UHGV virus genome: UHGV-0306720
Strand: one strand, 5' to 3'
Source: a virus
DNA: 22,887 nucleotides
Of the stretch, positions 1 to 8,523 are shown piece by piece. The number at the start of each line of letters is the position of its first letter. Within the stretch, counting starts at the first letter, position 1. Made by a program: the position numbers and the translations under genes. The notes under the pieces are model-generated. The model ran no database searches. It was not told where the DNA came from and was given only the letters and a program-made list of their open reading frames with translations.

Positions 1-1102
1 GAGGTGAACCGACGTTATATCCAGCCCCACCAATCAACGTAATTGAAACAACAGAACTCGCCTGCGGCATGGTTACCGTTGCTAATTTGAACCAACCAGC
101 ACCACCGCTGAATGACATAGTTGTTGAGTTAAGCGTACCAATATCTTTCGGTGTCAGTGTTATATCCGCTGAAAGCGCCTTACCATTCACCTTACGGGCA
201 GAAGGTACCCGACCATTCGCATTGTCATTAGCTGCTTTCACTGCTTTCGGTGTCGCGGCAAGCGTTTCAGATGTGCTGTTAGTCGCGCTGCTTAGCTGGA
301 CAATCCCTTTTTGTGCTGTCGTAGCGTCCTGAGCGGTATATTTCCCGTTAGCAAGGTCATATGCTGTCTTTACCGCTTTCGGTGTTGCGGCCAGTGCTTC
401 AGACGTGCTGTTGGTGGCGCTACTGAGCTGAACTATCCCTTTTCGCGCAGTGGTAGCGTCCTGTGCGGTGTATTTGCCATTAGCCAGGTCATATGCCGCC
501 TTAACAGCCTTTGGGGTTGCCGCAAGCGTTTCAGAATCGCTGTTGGTGGCGCTACTGAGTTGAACAAAGCCTTTTGCAGTCAGCGAGGCGTCCGGGTGAC
601 GTCGTGACTGTTCATGCTCTTTCAGTTTGTCATCCACGTAATCCACTGTGGCCATCACCATGGTGTTATCCACGGTAAGCGCCACGGTGGCCGTGCTGGA
701 TACGGTCAGAATGGTGCGAAATGTTTGTGCACGTCCGGACCCCTCGGCAACGGTTGGTTTGTAACTTTCGGCAGTATTGCCCACCGCGATTAAATCGCCG
801 TGCTCATCAAATACACCAATTTCCCGGATCCAGAATCCGCCCGTTTCAGGAGGAATAACCAGCTCTGCAATAATGCGGTTCTGATGTGTTGCGTCCAGGA
901 TGACGCGATTAACAGTGTGTCGCCACACCTCATGCACAAGACGGGTCTGCTTACTGTCTGGCGAGGGCAACGTGCCGCCGCCGTCACCCACGGCCATATG
1001 AGTCAGGCGGACCGGTTTACCATCTGGTGTGGCTGCCTGCGCTAATTTTTTTTCACCCGTATCGGTGATAACGGTTTTAAATTTTCGTGTTGTGGTACTC
1101 AT
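1..1102 (-). CDS. H: Tail fibre protein (gpH-like), N-terminal 367 codons; 3' end lies beyond window start
   Basis: Open frame from ATG at 1102 to the window edge, so absent from the ORF track. Translation MSTTTRKFKTVITDTGEKKLAQAATPDGKPVRLTHMAVGDGGG...ELVIPPETGGFWIREIGVF...VDYVDDKLKEHEQSRRHPDASLTAKGFVQLSSATNS... resembles the P2 gpH N-terminus as recalled. Sits directly after gpI as in P2. Confidence 0.8.
   Translation of the reverse strand, partial: MSTTTRKFKTVITDTGEKKLAQAATPDGKPVRLTHMAVGDGGGTLPSPDSKQTRLVHEVWRHTVNRVILDATHQNRIIAELVIPPETGGFWIREIGVFDEHGDLIAVGNTAESYKPTVAEGSGRAQTFRTILTVSSTATVALTVDNTMVMATVDYVDDKLKEHEQSRRHPDASLTAKGFVQLSSATNSDSETLAATPKAVKAAYDLANGKYTAQDATTARKGIVQLSSATNSTSEALAATPKAVKTAYDLANGKYTAQDATTAQKGIVQLSSATNSTSETLAATPKAVKAANDNANGRVPSARKVNGKALSADITLTPKDIGTLNSTTMSFSGGAGWFKLATVTMPQASSVVSITLIGGAGYNVGSP
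233..574 (-). repeat. About 2.6 tandem copies of a 132-bp (44-aa) coding repeat inside the tail-fibre gene
   Basis: Protein repeats KGFVQLSSATNSDSETLAATPKAVKAAYDLANGKYTAQDATTAR / KGIVQLSSATNSTSEALAATPKAVKTAYDLANGKYTAQDATTAQ / KGIVQLSSATNSTSETLAATPKAVKAANDNANG; the same periodicity is visible in the plus-strand DNA. Confidence 0.85.
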
Positions 1103-1104
1103 GC

Positions 1105-1635
1105 TTAATCGTCCGGATAAATGGTAATGACTTCACCGTCGTAAGTTGCTGCCGCCGCGAAAATATCCCCCGGAATTTCCTGAATGATATTCAGCCCTGT
1201 CATGTGGCGGCTGACCGGGCGGGCATCAGCAATCAACCGCTCCATTTCCAGATACATTTCCTCCGTCACGCCACTGTCCAGCGTGCCGACTTCAACGGTA
1301 AATGTTCCCGGTTCTCCGCCGAACTCCCACCACTCAGACACGCGAATGAGGTATCCCAGCGGCTCAATGGCCCGGCGCAGTGCGCTGATGGTTCCTTTGT
1401 GTCGGTGTATCAGCCATGCATCACGAATCACCTGTCGCTTTGTCTCTTCCGGCCAGTTGCGATCCCAGCGGTCAACGGAAAACGCCCAGGCGAGATAAGG
1501 CAGCAGATGCACCGGGCAGGTGTCCGGCGACCACAGCGTGTTGAGGTCTACCGGAATGTCTGTAATGCGCGTTCCGACAGCCTCGGCACAACGCATGAAA
1601 CTGCTGGCTGATGGTGGTAACAGTGAATTACTCAT
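1105..1635 (-). CDS. I: Baseplate assembly protein gpI-like (176 aa from ATG at 1635; ORF track extends to 1668)
   Basis: Position after J in P2 order. ATG at 1635 overlaps the J stop by 8 nt and gives 176 aa, the P2 gpI length as recalled. Confidence 0.7.
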   Translation of the reverse strand: MSNSLLPPSASSFMRCAEAVGTRITDIPVDLNTLWSPDTCPVHLLPYLAWAFSVDRWDRNWPEETKRQVIRDAWLIHRHKGTISALRRAIEPLGYLIRVSEWWEFGGEPGTFTVEVGTLDSGVTEEMYLEMERLIADARPVSRHMTGLNIIQEIPGDIFAAAATYDGEVITIYPDD

Positions 1636-2524
1636 TACGCCCACCTTCGCTGATGGTGAATGACTCACAGCGCGCCGCCTGTATGTCGCTGATGGCCATA
1701 TTCTGTGTGGGTTCGATTATCTCCACGCGTTGCACGCCGTGTACATGCAGTGCGGCAGCAATGGCGGACAACGCCACGTCCTGACCGATAAGCCCCTGTT
1801 CAGCCAGCCACTTCCTGAATGACGATTCCGCCGCGGCCAGAATAGGTTCGGATTCCGGGCCGGGGTAAAAGTACAGTTTTGCTTTCAGCCGCCATGTCAC
1901 GATTCTGGCGCTCTGTACCGTCAGGCGGTCGGCCACCGGGCGGGTATCCTCTGCATTCAGAACGGCGCGAACGGTATTAAGCAACGCCTCCGTTGCTGTG
2001 CCGTCGCCTTCAGTGGACAGAATGGAAACCGTCACATTTGCCGGAGACGAACTGATAGCCCGCGCATCACGCACCAGACCGCTGGCGCTGCGGGCAAAAT
2101 ACTCGTATGCGCCTGACGGGCCAGCAACGCTCAGGCCGTCATACGCCCGTTGCGCCCGCAGTCTCAGCGAGGTGTCGCTCTCCATCACCGCGTCGGTGGT
2201 ATCCGTTGCCGGAGTGATGGTCAGGCGCTTTGTGTTCATATTGCCCGCGAGGTTGTCCAGGTCTGTCCCGGCGCTGTGGCTTAACATGCAGGCGCGTGCC
2301 CCCTCATTGACCCGCTGGCGTAACAGCATTTCACGAAACGCTGTTGTCTGGGCGATAACGTTCAGGGGTTCCGATTCCAGCTCCAGCGCGGCGGAGACGG
2401 CTTCACGCTGTTCGGCGGGATAAGCCGCAATCATCATGGCCTTTGTGTCAGCCAGAATTGCCTCAAAGTCAGGCTCCGCGATGATGACGGGTTCCGGTAA
2501 CTGTGAAAGGTCAACGGCAGGCAT
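1628..2524 (-). CDS. J: Baseplate protein gpJ-like (298 aa)
   Basis: Size and position between W and I match P2 gpJ; ATG start confirmed at 2522-2524. Confidence 0.75.
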   Translation of the reverse strand: MPAVDLSQLPEPVIIAEPDFEAILADTKAMMIAAYPAEQREAVSAALELESEPLNVIAQTTAFREMLLRQRVNEGARACMLSHSAGTDLDNLAGNMNTKRLTITPATDTTDAVMESDTSLRLRAQRAYDGLSVAGPSGAYEYFARSASGLVRDARAISSSPANVTVSILSTEGDGTATEALLNTVRAVLNAEDTRPVADRLTVQSARIVTWRLKAKLYFYPGPESEPILAAAESSFRKWLAEQGLIGQDVALSAIAAALHVHGVQRVEIIEPTQNMAISDIQAARCESFTISEGGRNE

Positions 2525-2527
2525 GAT

Positions 2528-2878
2528 TTACTCCCTCAGCGTGATGGTTAATTCAACATTCTGCATGGTCTGCATGACAGTGCCCGACAGCGTCACCCCG
2601 GCGCGGCCTCCTGCCTTCCAGACAACGTCGATGGCATCCAGGGCAATGCGGGGTTCCCATCGTGTCAGCGCAATCACGGCAGCACTCATGCATTGCAGAC
2701 GCGTGGTGTTATTCATGGGTTCGTCAATCAAATCAGGCACAAGGCTGCCATATTCCCGTCGCATAACCCGGCTGGCCAGCGGGGTGGTCAGGATGTCTCT
2801 GACTGACTGTTTCAGGTGCTCCATATCGTTCAGGTTTCCCGTTCCGTCCGGGTTCATTCCTGTGTAGCGGGTTGTCAC
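2528..2878 (-). CDS. W: Baseplate protein gpW (GPW/gp25 family), 116 aa, GTG start
   Basis: N-terminus MTTRYTGMN... resembles P2 gpW (MTARYLGMN as recalled). GTGA start/stop overlap with V. Confidence 0.8.
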   Translation of the reverse strand: MTTRYTGMNPDGTGNLNDMEHLKQSVRDILTTPLASRVMRREYGSLVPDLIDEPMNNTTRLQCMSAAVIALTRWEPRIALDAIDVVWKAGGRAGVTLSGTVMQTMQNVELTITLRE

Positions 2879-3456
2879 TGCGGGCCTCCTGTCGAATCGC
2901 TGCCACCTTTCACGCCACCGTGTTTATGCGTATGCACTGTGATGCCGTTTGAGGTGAAATTGCCGCCGCTGTGCGTGATATTGCCGCTCATCTTTCCCCC
3001 TTTTGTGACGTCAAGCGTCGCCGTTCTCAGAAGGTCTGTGCATTCCACGACGGGCGTGTCCAGTGTCACGCTGACGGATGCCTGCAGGGTGGCTGTTTTC
3101 ATGCCGCTGGCGCTCAGTGCGCCTGCGGCCGCGTCGTAGCGGAACACCGCGCCATCCGGCGCGCTGACCACGATTTCTTTCAGGCTTTTGCCGGGGGCCG
3201 GACTGGCATCACTCCACAGGCTGCCAATTATCATGGCGGTTTCCGGGTTGCCGCCAATGCAGGCAATTACCACCTGTTCGCCTGGTGATGGCGGCAGCCA
3301 CACATTGAAGGCTCCCGCGCGCGTGGTGTTCCAGCGCAACCAGCCTGTTTCCAGTTCGCCGCTGCGAACGCGCACGCACCAGGATTCCTCATCAACTTCA
3401 GAGATGATCCCGGTGCGGATGATGTTGCTCAGCAGTCGCATGAGTTCTGCGCTCAC
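2875..3456 (-). CDS. V: Baseplate spike/assembly protein gpV-like (193 aa, GTG start)
   Basis: IRTGII, Gly-rich C-terminus and HTHKH motif resemble P2 gpV; position between S and W. Confidence 0.8.
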   Translation of the reverse strand: MSAELMRLLSNIIRTGIISEVDEESWCVRVRSGELETGWLRWNTTRAGAFNVWLPPSPGEQVVIACIGGNPETAMIIGSLWSDASPAPGKSLKEIVVSAPDGAVFRYDAAAGALSASGMKTATLQASVSVTLDTPVVECTDLLRTATLDVTKGGKMSGNITHSGGNFTSNGITVHTHKHGGVKGGSDSTGGPQ

Positions 3457-4088
3457 CGTACAGCCTCCGCAATCCGGCCCAGCACCGTGTTATAAATCAG
3501 GCGTTCATCTGCCTGGCTGATACCCAGCAGCTCACGTACCGGGTAATCGGTGAAAATGCCCGGCGCAACCTGATCGCGCTCACCGAACTGATGAACGCGG
3601 GCAATACGTGCGGCCACGCCGCTGTAACCCACCGTCACACCGGAAGCATCTGCACGGGCTTTCAGGTAGCGGGCGGTGCGCAGTTTTACGAACATGGGGA
3701 CGCGCTTTGTGCTGTCCTGGTTGATGCGCCGGGTGCGTATTTCCAGAAAACGGTCGATGTCATCCCGGTAAAACGTGCGGATATTGTTTTTATCCTCATC
3801 CCACCCGGTAATGGTTCGCCCGTATTTCCCCGTGTCGTGATGCCAGTTTTTCAGCGTGCGTGCTTCGTTATTCCAGATAAAGCGAATGCGTTCCTGTATC
3901 CGGGTTACGCGGCGTCTGCGAGGTGTCCACGCGGTCCCGTCCGGCGCTTTCTGTGACCGGATACGTGCCTGCTGGGCGCGGCGTAAATCCTGTGCCAGCT
4001 TTCTGGCGATGTTATTGATGGCCTGCTGATTCAGGCTGTCGCGGATGGCCTCAAAGGTTTCATCCACACGGGTGAATGCCTTATCCAT
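3453..4088 (-). CDS. S: Tail completion / virion morphogenesis protein gpS-like (ATG at 4088; GTG alternative at 4097)
   Basis: Position between R and V in P2 order; the ORF is longer than P2 S. Confidence 0.6.
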   Translation of the reverse strand: MDKAFTRVDETFEAIRDSLNQQAINNIARKLAQDLRRAQQARIRSQKAPDGTAWTPRRRRVTRIQERIRFIWNNEARTLKNWHHDTGKYGRTITGWDEDKNNIRTFYRDDIDRFLEIRTRRINQDSTKRVPMFVKLRTARYLKARADASGVTVGYSGVAARIARVHQFGERDQVAPGIFTDYPVRELLGISQADERLIYNTVLGRIAEAVR

Positions 4089-4548
4089 CGCTTTCACCCC
4101 ACGTCACATCCTGGAATGCATGTGACCAGTCGCCTTCGGAAGAGGGCAGACGGGGTTTTGGCTCCGGCAGGTGTTCTGCCTGCGGTGTGCCCTGACTGTT
4201 GCGCGTAATGCGAACGCGTTCCCGCAGGGGGAGCGTAAACAGGAGATCGGCGCTGTCATCGTCATTGATAACGGCGGAAAATTTGATGTCCTGATTACGC
4301 TCCGGATTGAGCAACAACTGTGGCTGATTTTCGGATAACCACGCCAGTAGCGGCAACGTGAGGTCGTCCAGCTCCCCGGCGTAATCCATGACAAACATCA
4401 CCATCTGATAGCGGTAAACAAACGAGGGCGTTTCTCCGGTCGTTTCAATGTTGCCGCTCTCCACGAAAATGGTGAATTTTTCCGGGTTGGCCTGACACCA
4501 TCGGCATGAACGGGTCATGGCTTCACGCAGGGAATCAGTTTTCAGCAT
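4081..4548 (-). CDS. R: Tail completion protein gpR-like (155 aa)
   Basis: Same length as P2 gpR and same position after the lysis genes; ATG confirmed. Confidence 0.65.
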   Translation of the reverse strand: MLKTDSLREAMTRSCRWCQANPEKFTIFVESGNIETTGETPSFVYRYQMVMFVMDYAGELDDLTLPLLAWLSENQPQLLLNPERNQDIKFSAVINDDDSADLLFTLPLRERVRITRNSQGTPQAEHLPEPKPRLPSSEGDWSHAFQDVTWGESDG

Positions 4549-4825
4549 GGTTGTTGTCCTCGTTGTTCAGTCGTTGCAGCCTGCGCTGTTCCAGTAATTC
4601 AATGGCCCGTTTATCCGCGTTACAGGTTTCCAGTGCATCCAGAAGGCGGTCGCCCCATATACCGAGATTTCCCCATGTGGGAGTGTCAGGGAAGGGGGGA
4701 GGCGTTACCGGTATGGTCAGCGTCTGCGGTATAAGCCGGACTGACGGCGCTGGCCGTAGCGCGTTCTGCGTGCCTGCGCAGCCTGTCAGTAAAACGAGCG
4801 TCAGGCAAAGCGTGGGCGCATTCAT
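4535..4825 (-). CDS. lysC: Outer-membrane spanin (LysC/Rz1-like lipoprotein)
   Basis: MNAPTLCLTLVLLTGCAG has a lipobox (LLTGC) followed by a Pro-rich region. Starts in the +1 frame inside the i-spanin gene and extends past its stop, the P2 LysB/LysC arrangement. Confidence 0.6.
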   Translation of the reverse strand: MNAPTLCLTLVLLTGCAGTQNALRPAPSVRLIPQTLTIPVTPPPFPDTPTWGNLGIWGDRLLDALETCNADKRAIELLEQRRLQRLNNEDNNHAEN

Positions 4826-5093
4826 CTTTTGCAATATCGTTGCGTAGCTGTTCACGTCTTGCCTCTCCGTCCTGATTGCGTTGCTGATTTTCCACGCGGA
4901 GTTGCGCCAGCACCTGCTGCATATCCTGTACCCCGGCGCTGATGATATTCAGGGTGTCGGCGGTACGTTTCAGGGTGCTGGCCTGCGCTTCGTTTCTGGC
5001 GTTCTCCCGGCCCAGCGACCATGACAGACGCATGGATGTTCCCCATCCGGCAATCAGAAGGAAAGCGACGCCAAGCGTTGGCCAGAGCTTCAT
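4686..5093 (-). CDS. lysB: Inner-membrane spanin (LysB/Rz-like), 135 aa from ATG at 5093
   Basis: N-terminal TM segment MKLWPTLGVAFLLIAGW then a charged, coiled-coil-like region (QQVLAQLRVENQQRNQDGEARREQLRNDIAKDE). ATGA overlap with the endolysin stop. The listed 183-aa ORF start is upstream within the endolysin gene and unlikely. Confidence 0.6.
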   Translation of the reverse strand: MKLWPTLGVAFLLIAGWGTSMRLSWSLGRENARNEAQASTLKRTADTLNIISAGVQDMQQVLAQLRVENQQRNQDGEARREQLRNDIAKDECAHALPDARFTDRLRRHAERATASAVSPAYTADADHTGNASPLP

Positions 5094-5482
5094 GCCGGAT
5101 AGGCTCCGTGTGGTAACTGAAAATGCGGTCCGTCTTTCAGGGTCTTCCAGTCGCCGCCCCATTCCACCGGAATATTCAGTTCCCGGCTGGCCTGTCTGAA
5201 TGCGGCTGCGATTTTTTCGTACAGCGGCCATTCCCATGACACCTGGCTGCCGATATAAGCCACAACATCCACGGCATGTCCCGTAAGGTGGCGGCTGTTC
5301 ATGGTCTGGCTCTTACCTGTGGCCACAAGTTGCTTCTGGCGGTAACGGCTGCGCAACCCTTCGGTGATACCAAAATCCACTTCCGAAATTTCCAGTGCCC
5401 GTCGGGTCACTTTCACCAGATCAGGATTTACGCCCTGCAAATTCTTTTCGCTCCGGCTGCTGAATTTAAATGTGTTGCTCAT
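5090..5482 (-). CDS. Endolysin, peptidase M15-type (zinc peptidase, L-Ala-D-Glu endopeptidase-like)
   Basis: SRHLTGHAVDV and DGPHFQL motifs (His/Asp zinc ligands of the M15 family); sits between holin and spanins. Confidence 0.75.
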   Translation of the reverse strand: MSNTFKFSSRSEKNLQGVNPDLVKVTRRALEISEVDFGITEGLRSRYRQKQLVATGKSQTMNSRHLTGHAVDVVAYIGSQVSWEWPLYEKIAAAFRQASRELNIPVEWGGDWKTLKDGPHFQLPHGAYPA

Positions 5483-5802
5483 TCGTCCTTCTCCTTCACC
5501 CTGCGATTAAAGGCCGCAATAACCTTGTCGCGTGCTTTCTCTGCCCCCATAAAACCGATTGATGCGCCGATAAACGTCACGGCATCTTCAGGAAAACCGA
5601 AGAAGCGCAACGACCCGGCCACGGCCATGGCAAGAACGCCGCACGCCAGCGAGCCCGTTACGGTCTGAATCAGTGTTCGTCCGTCATAAAGACTCATCAG
5701 CGCGGAAATGCTGACCGCCGCGCCTACTGCATACACCGTTGGCAGGTGGTCAAAGAGCCATGCAATAACCTGCTCTGTGATCCCTGTTTGAATGGTGCTC
5801 AC
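5479..5802 (-). CDS. Holin-like membrane protein (start GTG 5802 preferred; ORF track start GTG 5817)
   Basis: Two to three hydrophobic segments and a charged C-terminus (NRRVKEKDE). GGGGAG sits 5 nt before GTG at 5802. Directly upstream of the endolysin. Confidence 0.55.
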   Translation of the reverse strand: MSTIQTGITEQVIAWLFDHLPTVYAVGAAVSISALMSLYDGRTLIQTVTGSLACGVLAMAVAGSLRFFGFPEDAVTFIGASIGFMGAEKARDKVIAAFNRRVKEKDE

Positions 5803-5804
5803 TG

Positions 5805-6005
5805 CTACTCCCCCCACAACTGAATCATTTCTCGTTTCTTCTTCTCCGGCTCCGGCATCTCCACTTCCTGCCCGGCGTCCAGAAATACCTGCTGACAGAG
5901 TCCGGGGTTGGCATCCAGCACCTTTTCGGTGACGCCCTGCGTCGTGCCGTAGTACCGGAAACAGAGCGAATCCACGGTGTCGCCTTCCAGTGCCTTAACT
6001 TTCAT
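5805..6005 (-). CDS. X: Tail protein X-like (LysM-like), 66 aa from ATG at 6005
   Basis: MKVKALEGDTVDSLCFRYYGTTQGVTEKVLDANPGL resembles P2 gpX as recalled; TGATG overlap with the L stop. Confidence 0.7.
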   Translation of the reverse strand: MKVKALEGDTVDSLCFRYYGTTQGVTEKVLDANPGLCQQVFLDAGQEVEMPEPEKKKREMIQLWGE

Positions 6006-6508
6006 CAGCACAACTCCGCAAAGATTCGTGGGCGGCACAGAATGTCAGAGATGGCCCAGCTCACATCACGCCACAAATCCGATGTCTGTATATCCAGTGC
6101 GTCCGCCCTGCGGTCGCCCTTGTCCGTTGTGTCTGCATCACGATAACGCTCCAGAATCAGGGCGCGCGTGGCGGTATAAACCGCATTGCGCCAGTGCCAG
6201 AGATTGACGCTTTCTCCGTTAATTACGGGTGCCGGAACATCGGCCAGCGTCTGATGGCCAGCCGCCTGCTGTTCCTGCTGCCATGCTTCCAGCTCGCGGG
6301 TAACGTGTGCCACAGCCCCGGTGGCAGTATGCAGCAGGCGGGAGGTGGTCACGCGGCCCGGCAGTCGTACCGCCAGACGCAGCTCGCGCAGCACAATATC
6401 CGGCCAGAATGCACCTGCTGAAATGCGAGTGTCGCCATCATCGGTATCGGTGATGTCGTCCTCTGCGGGTCCTGGTTCAGTTCTGGCAACCATACTCATG
6501 GGGTTCAC
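6005..6508 (-). CDS. L: Head completion/stabilisation protein gpL-like
   Basis: 167 aa, position after M as in P2; start GTG 6508 or ATG 6499. Confidence 0.75.
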   Translation of the reverse strand: MNPMSMVARTEPGPAEDDITDTDDGDTRISAGAFWPDIVLRELRLAVRLPGRVTTSRLLHTATGAVAHVTRELEAWQQEQQAAGHQTLADVPAPVINGESVNLWHWRNAVYTATRALILERYRDADTTDKGDRRADALDIQTSDLWRDVSWAISDILCRPRIFAELC

Positions 6509-6511
6509 TCC

Positions 6512-6580
6512 TGAAAAAAATCGGGCGGTGGGTGCGCGGTGTAAACGGTCACGGAGTCAAACCGGAACACCGCGCACGCC
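6512..6580 (-). terminator. Long imperfect hairpin followed by a U7 tract on the minus-strand transcript, between M and L
   Basis: Perfect 11-bp inverted repeat GTGCGCGGTGT (6532-6542) / ACACCGCGCAC (6567-6577), extendable with mismatches. Plus-strand A7 (6514-6520) becomes U7 right after the hairpin on the minus strand. Confidence 0.45.
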
Positions 6581-6601
6581 GCCCGCTGACGGGGTCAGTC
6601 G

Positions 6602-7402
6602 TTAACCGCGCTTCGCCTTCTGCGTCGCGGTGGTTTTTCGTGTTGCAGGCTTCCGCGTTGTCTTTTTACTTTTGCTGCTTTCGTCCTGCGCCTGCTGTGC
6701 GCTGGCGTCTTCTGGTGCGGCTGCGGAATCGGCTTTTTTCAGGGCGCGGGAAAGGGTTGCAATCTCGCGTTTCACACCTGCGTTCGGGTTCAGGTGCATT
6801 GCTTCGCGCAGCAGCTTCAGTGACAGGGCCATGCTGTCCGCATCACTCAGGCCACGGCGGGCAAAGGCGCACGCTTTGCATAATTTGGCGCGCACTTCGT
6901 CCGGCATGTCCTGGTCGGTGACAATCTCCCGGAGGGTGTCCAGTGGTTCGATAAAGGCGGACAAATCCGCGTCGGCATCCGTCCCGGCCTGCGTCAGTAC
7001 CGGATTACAGATTTCTTCGGTCAGTACCGTGGCAGCAGTACGGCCAAAGTTATCCGGCATGATGAGGTTGTGACGGACCACATACGCGCCGATACGCAGC
7101 GCAAGCGGAAGATTGCCACAATCAATCGCCCACACCATCAGCGTGGCAATCACTTCATCCTGCTGCCCGCCGTCAGCCTCCAGCGTTCCCTCAATCCAGC
7201 CGGAAAAATCCGGCAACAACTCTTTTTTGATGGCGGCTTTCGCGCTTCTGGCCTGTACGCCCTTAAGCCGGGCCTGTGCCAGACGCAGACGATACAGCAC
7301 CTCTTCATGTGCGGTACGCGCGGCGTGGTCCACGCCTTCATTCGCCCGGCCTGCGCGCTGTGCCATCACGTTCTGCCAGTGTTGCTGTGCAGGAGTAATC
7401 AT
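6602..7402 (-). CDS. M: Terminase small/endonuclease subunit gpM-like
   Basis: 266 aa with a basic Lys/Thr-rich C-terminal tail, position between N and L; ATG confirmed. Confidence 0.75.
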   Translation of the reverse strand: MITPAQQHWQNVMAQRAGRANEGVDHAARTAHEEVLYRLRLAQARLKGVQARSAKAAIKKELLPDFSGWIEGTLEADGGQQDEVIATLMVWAIDCGNLPLALRIGAYVVRHNLIMPDNFGRTAATVLTEEICNPVLTQAGTDADADLSAFIEPLDTLREIVTDQDMPDEVRAKLCKACAFARRGLSDADSMALSLKLLREAMHLNPNAGVKREIATLSRALKKADSAAAPEDASAQQAQDESSKSKKTTRKPATRKTTATQKAKRG

Positions 7403-7447
7403 TTGTTCTCTCCGTTACTGGCGGGCATGATGCCCGCCGTGAGTTGA

Positions 7448-8500
7448 TTAGCTGTCGGCGAACTTCAGGCCAGTGACCATCGCGCACTTGCCATAGTCTT
7501 CAACGACATAAGCGTCATTGATGGACTGGTAGGTGGCGATGCGGTTGTATTCCGGTTCGTCTTTCATCAGACGACGCATTGAACCTTTCTGCCAGTAAAT
7601 CGACAGGTTGTTGAACGAGGTGATCAGCATCGTTGCATCCGGGAAGAACGGCGCAAGGAACACGCCCAGCCCGCCAATGGTGCGCGATGACAGGATGAGC
7701 TGCCCGGCAAGTAATTCCGCATTGGGATTCTGGCCGCTGATGCTGTTCAGCACGGGCAGACGCAGTGAGTTAAACAGGTTGCGCCCCATAATCACCACGA
7801 GGTCGTCAGCTTCCTTGTGCCATTCATCCAGCAGGGATGAGCGTGCGTCCTGTACCAGTGCATCAGCGTTCGCATACTTACCCGCGTGCGCCACGGTGTT
7901 GTCCATGTTGCGTGAGGTCAACGTCACGTCATTCATAACGCGCTCGCTGGCGTTGGTTCTGATGTGCTTCAGCCACCCCACGTTAACGTCCTGAAGCAGC
8001 TTGTTGGTGCTGAAGTTGGACTCATCCGCGTGAGACGTGCCGTTGAAACCGATCATGATGCGGTCAAGTGCCACCTGCCGGGCAATCTGTGCGCTGATGC
8101 GGGACTGAAAATCAGGGTGTGCCGCCCAGGCATCAAGCTGCGGATATGAAATAAACGTGTCGTAGTTCACCTGTTCGCACTGGTATTTGCGGTTTTTCAG
8201 ATCAACCACGTTATTCGGGTTACGGCGTTTTGTGCCGTCATAACTGGTATTCGTGCGTGCAATTGGCCCGGTGGTGTCCAGGAGGATTTTTTCGCCTTTC
8301 TGGTCGGTCACGCCGATCACGTTAATTCTTTTTGTAAATTCGGTGCTTTCCTTTGAGGCGTTTTCAAAACGCTGCTGCACCGAGGGTTCCACGGTAAATC
8401 GCGATACCAGTGCGGAAACCGGAATATTATTAAGCGACGCCTGCTGCGCCATATAGCAACCCAGCTTGTTGCGGGTAATATCTGACATCACCAGATTCAT
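7448..8500 (-). CDS. N: Major capsid protein gpN-like
   Basis: 350 aa; FTVEPSV and other segments match P2 gpN as recalled; strong SD AAGGAG before the ATG. Confidence 0.9.
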   Translation of the reverse strand: MNLVMSDITRNKLGCYMAQQASLNNIPVSALVSRFTVEPSVQQRFENASKESTEFTKRINVIGVTDQKGEKILLDTTGPIARTNTSYDGTKRRNPNNVVDLKNRKYQCEQVNYDTFISYPQLDAWAAHPDFQSRISAQIARQVALDRIMIGFNGTSHADESNFSTNKLLQDVNVGWLKHIRTNASERVMNDVTLTSRNMDNTVAHAGKYANADALVQDARSSLLDEWHKEADDLVVIMGRNLFNSLRLPVLNSISGQNPNAELLAGQLILSSRTIGGLGVFLAPFFPDATMLITSFNNLSIYWQKGSMRRLMKDEPEYNRIATYQSINDAYVVEDYGKCAMVTGLKFADS

Positions 8501-8523
8501 AAAAAATTTGCTCCTTTGTCTTA

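Noticed and set aside
233-574. CRISPR-like array
   Set aside because: The repeats are in-frame coding repeats of the tail fibre with no unique spacers.
69-1045. Plus-strand ORFs 69-332, 311-607 and 800-1045 in the ORF track
   Set aside because: They lie antisense to the tail-fibre gene, whose open frame runs off the window edge and is therefore missing from the track. Their repetitive Cys/Arg-rich translations are the antisense image of the tail-fibre repeats.
4104-4394. 96-aa minus-strand ORF
   Set aside because: Lies in an alternative frame entirely inside the gpR-like gene.
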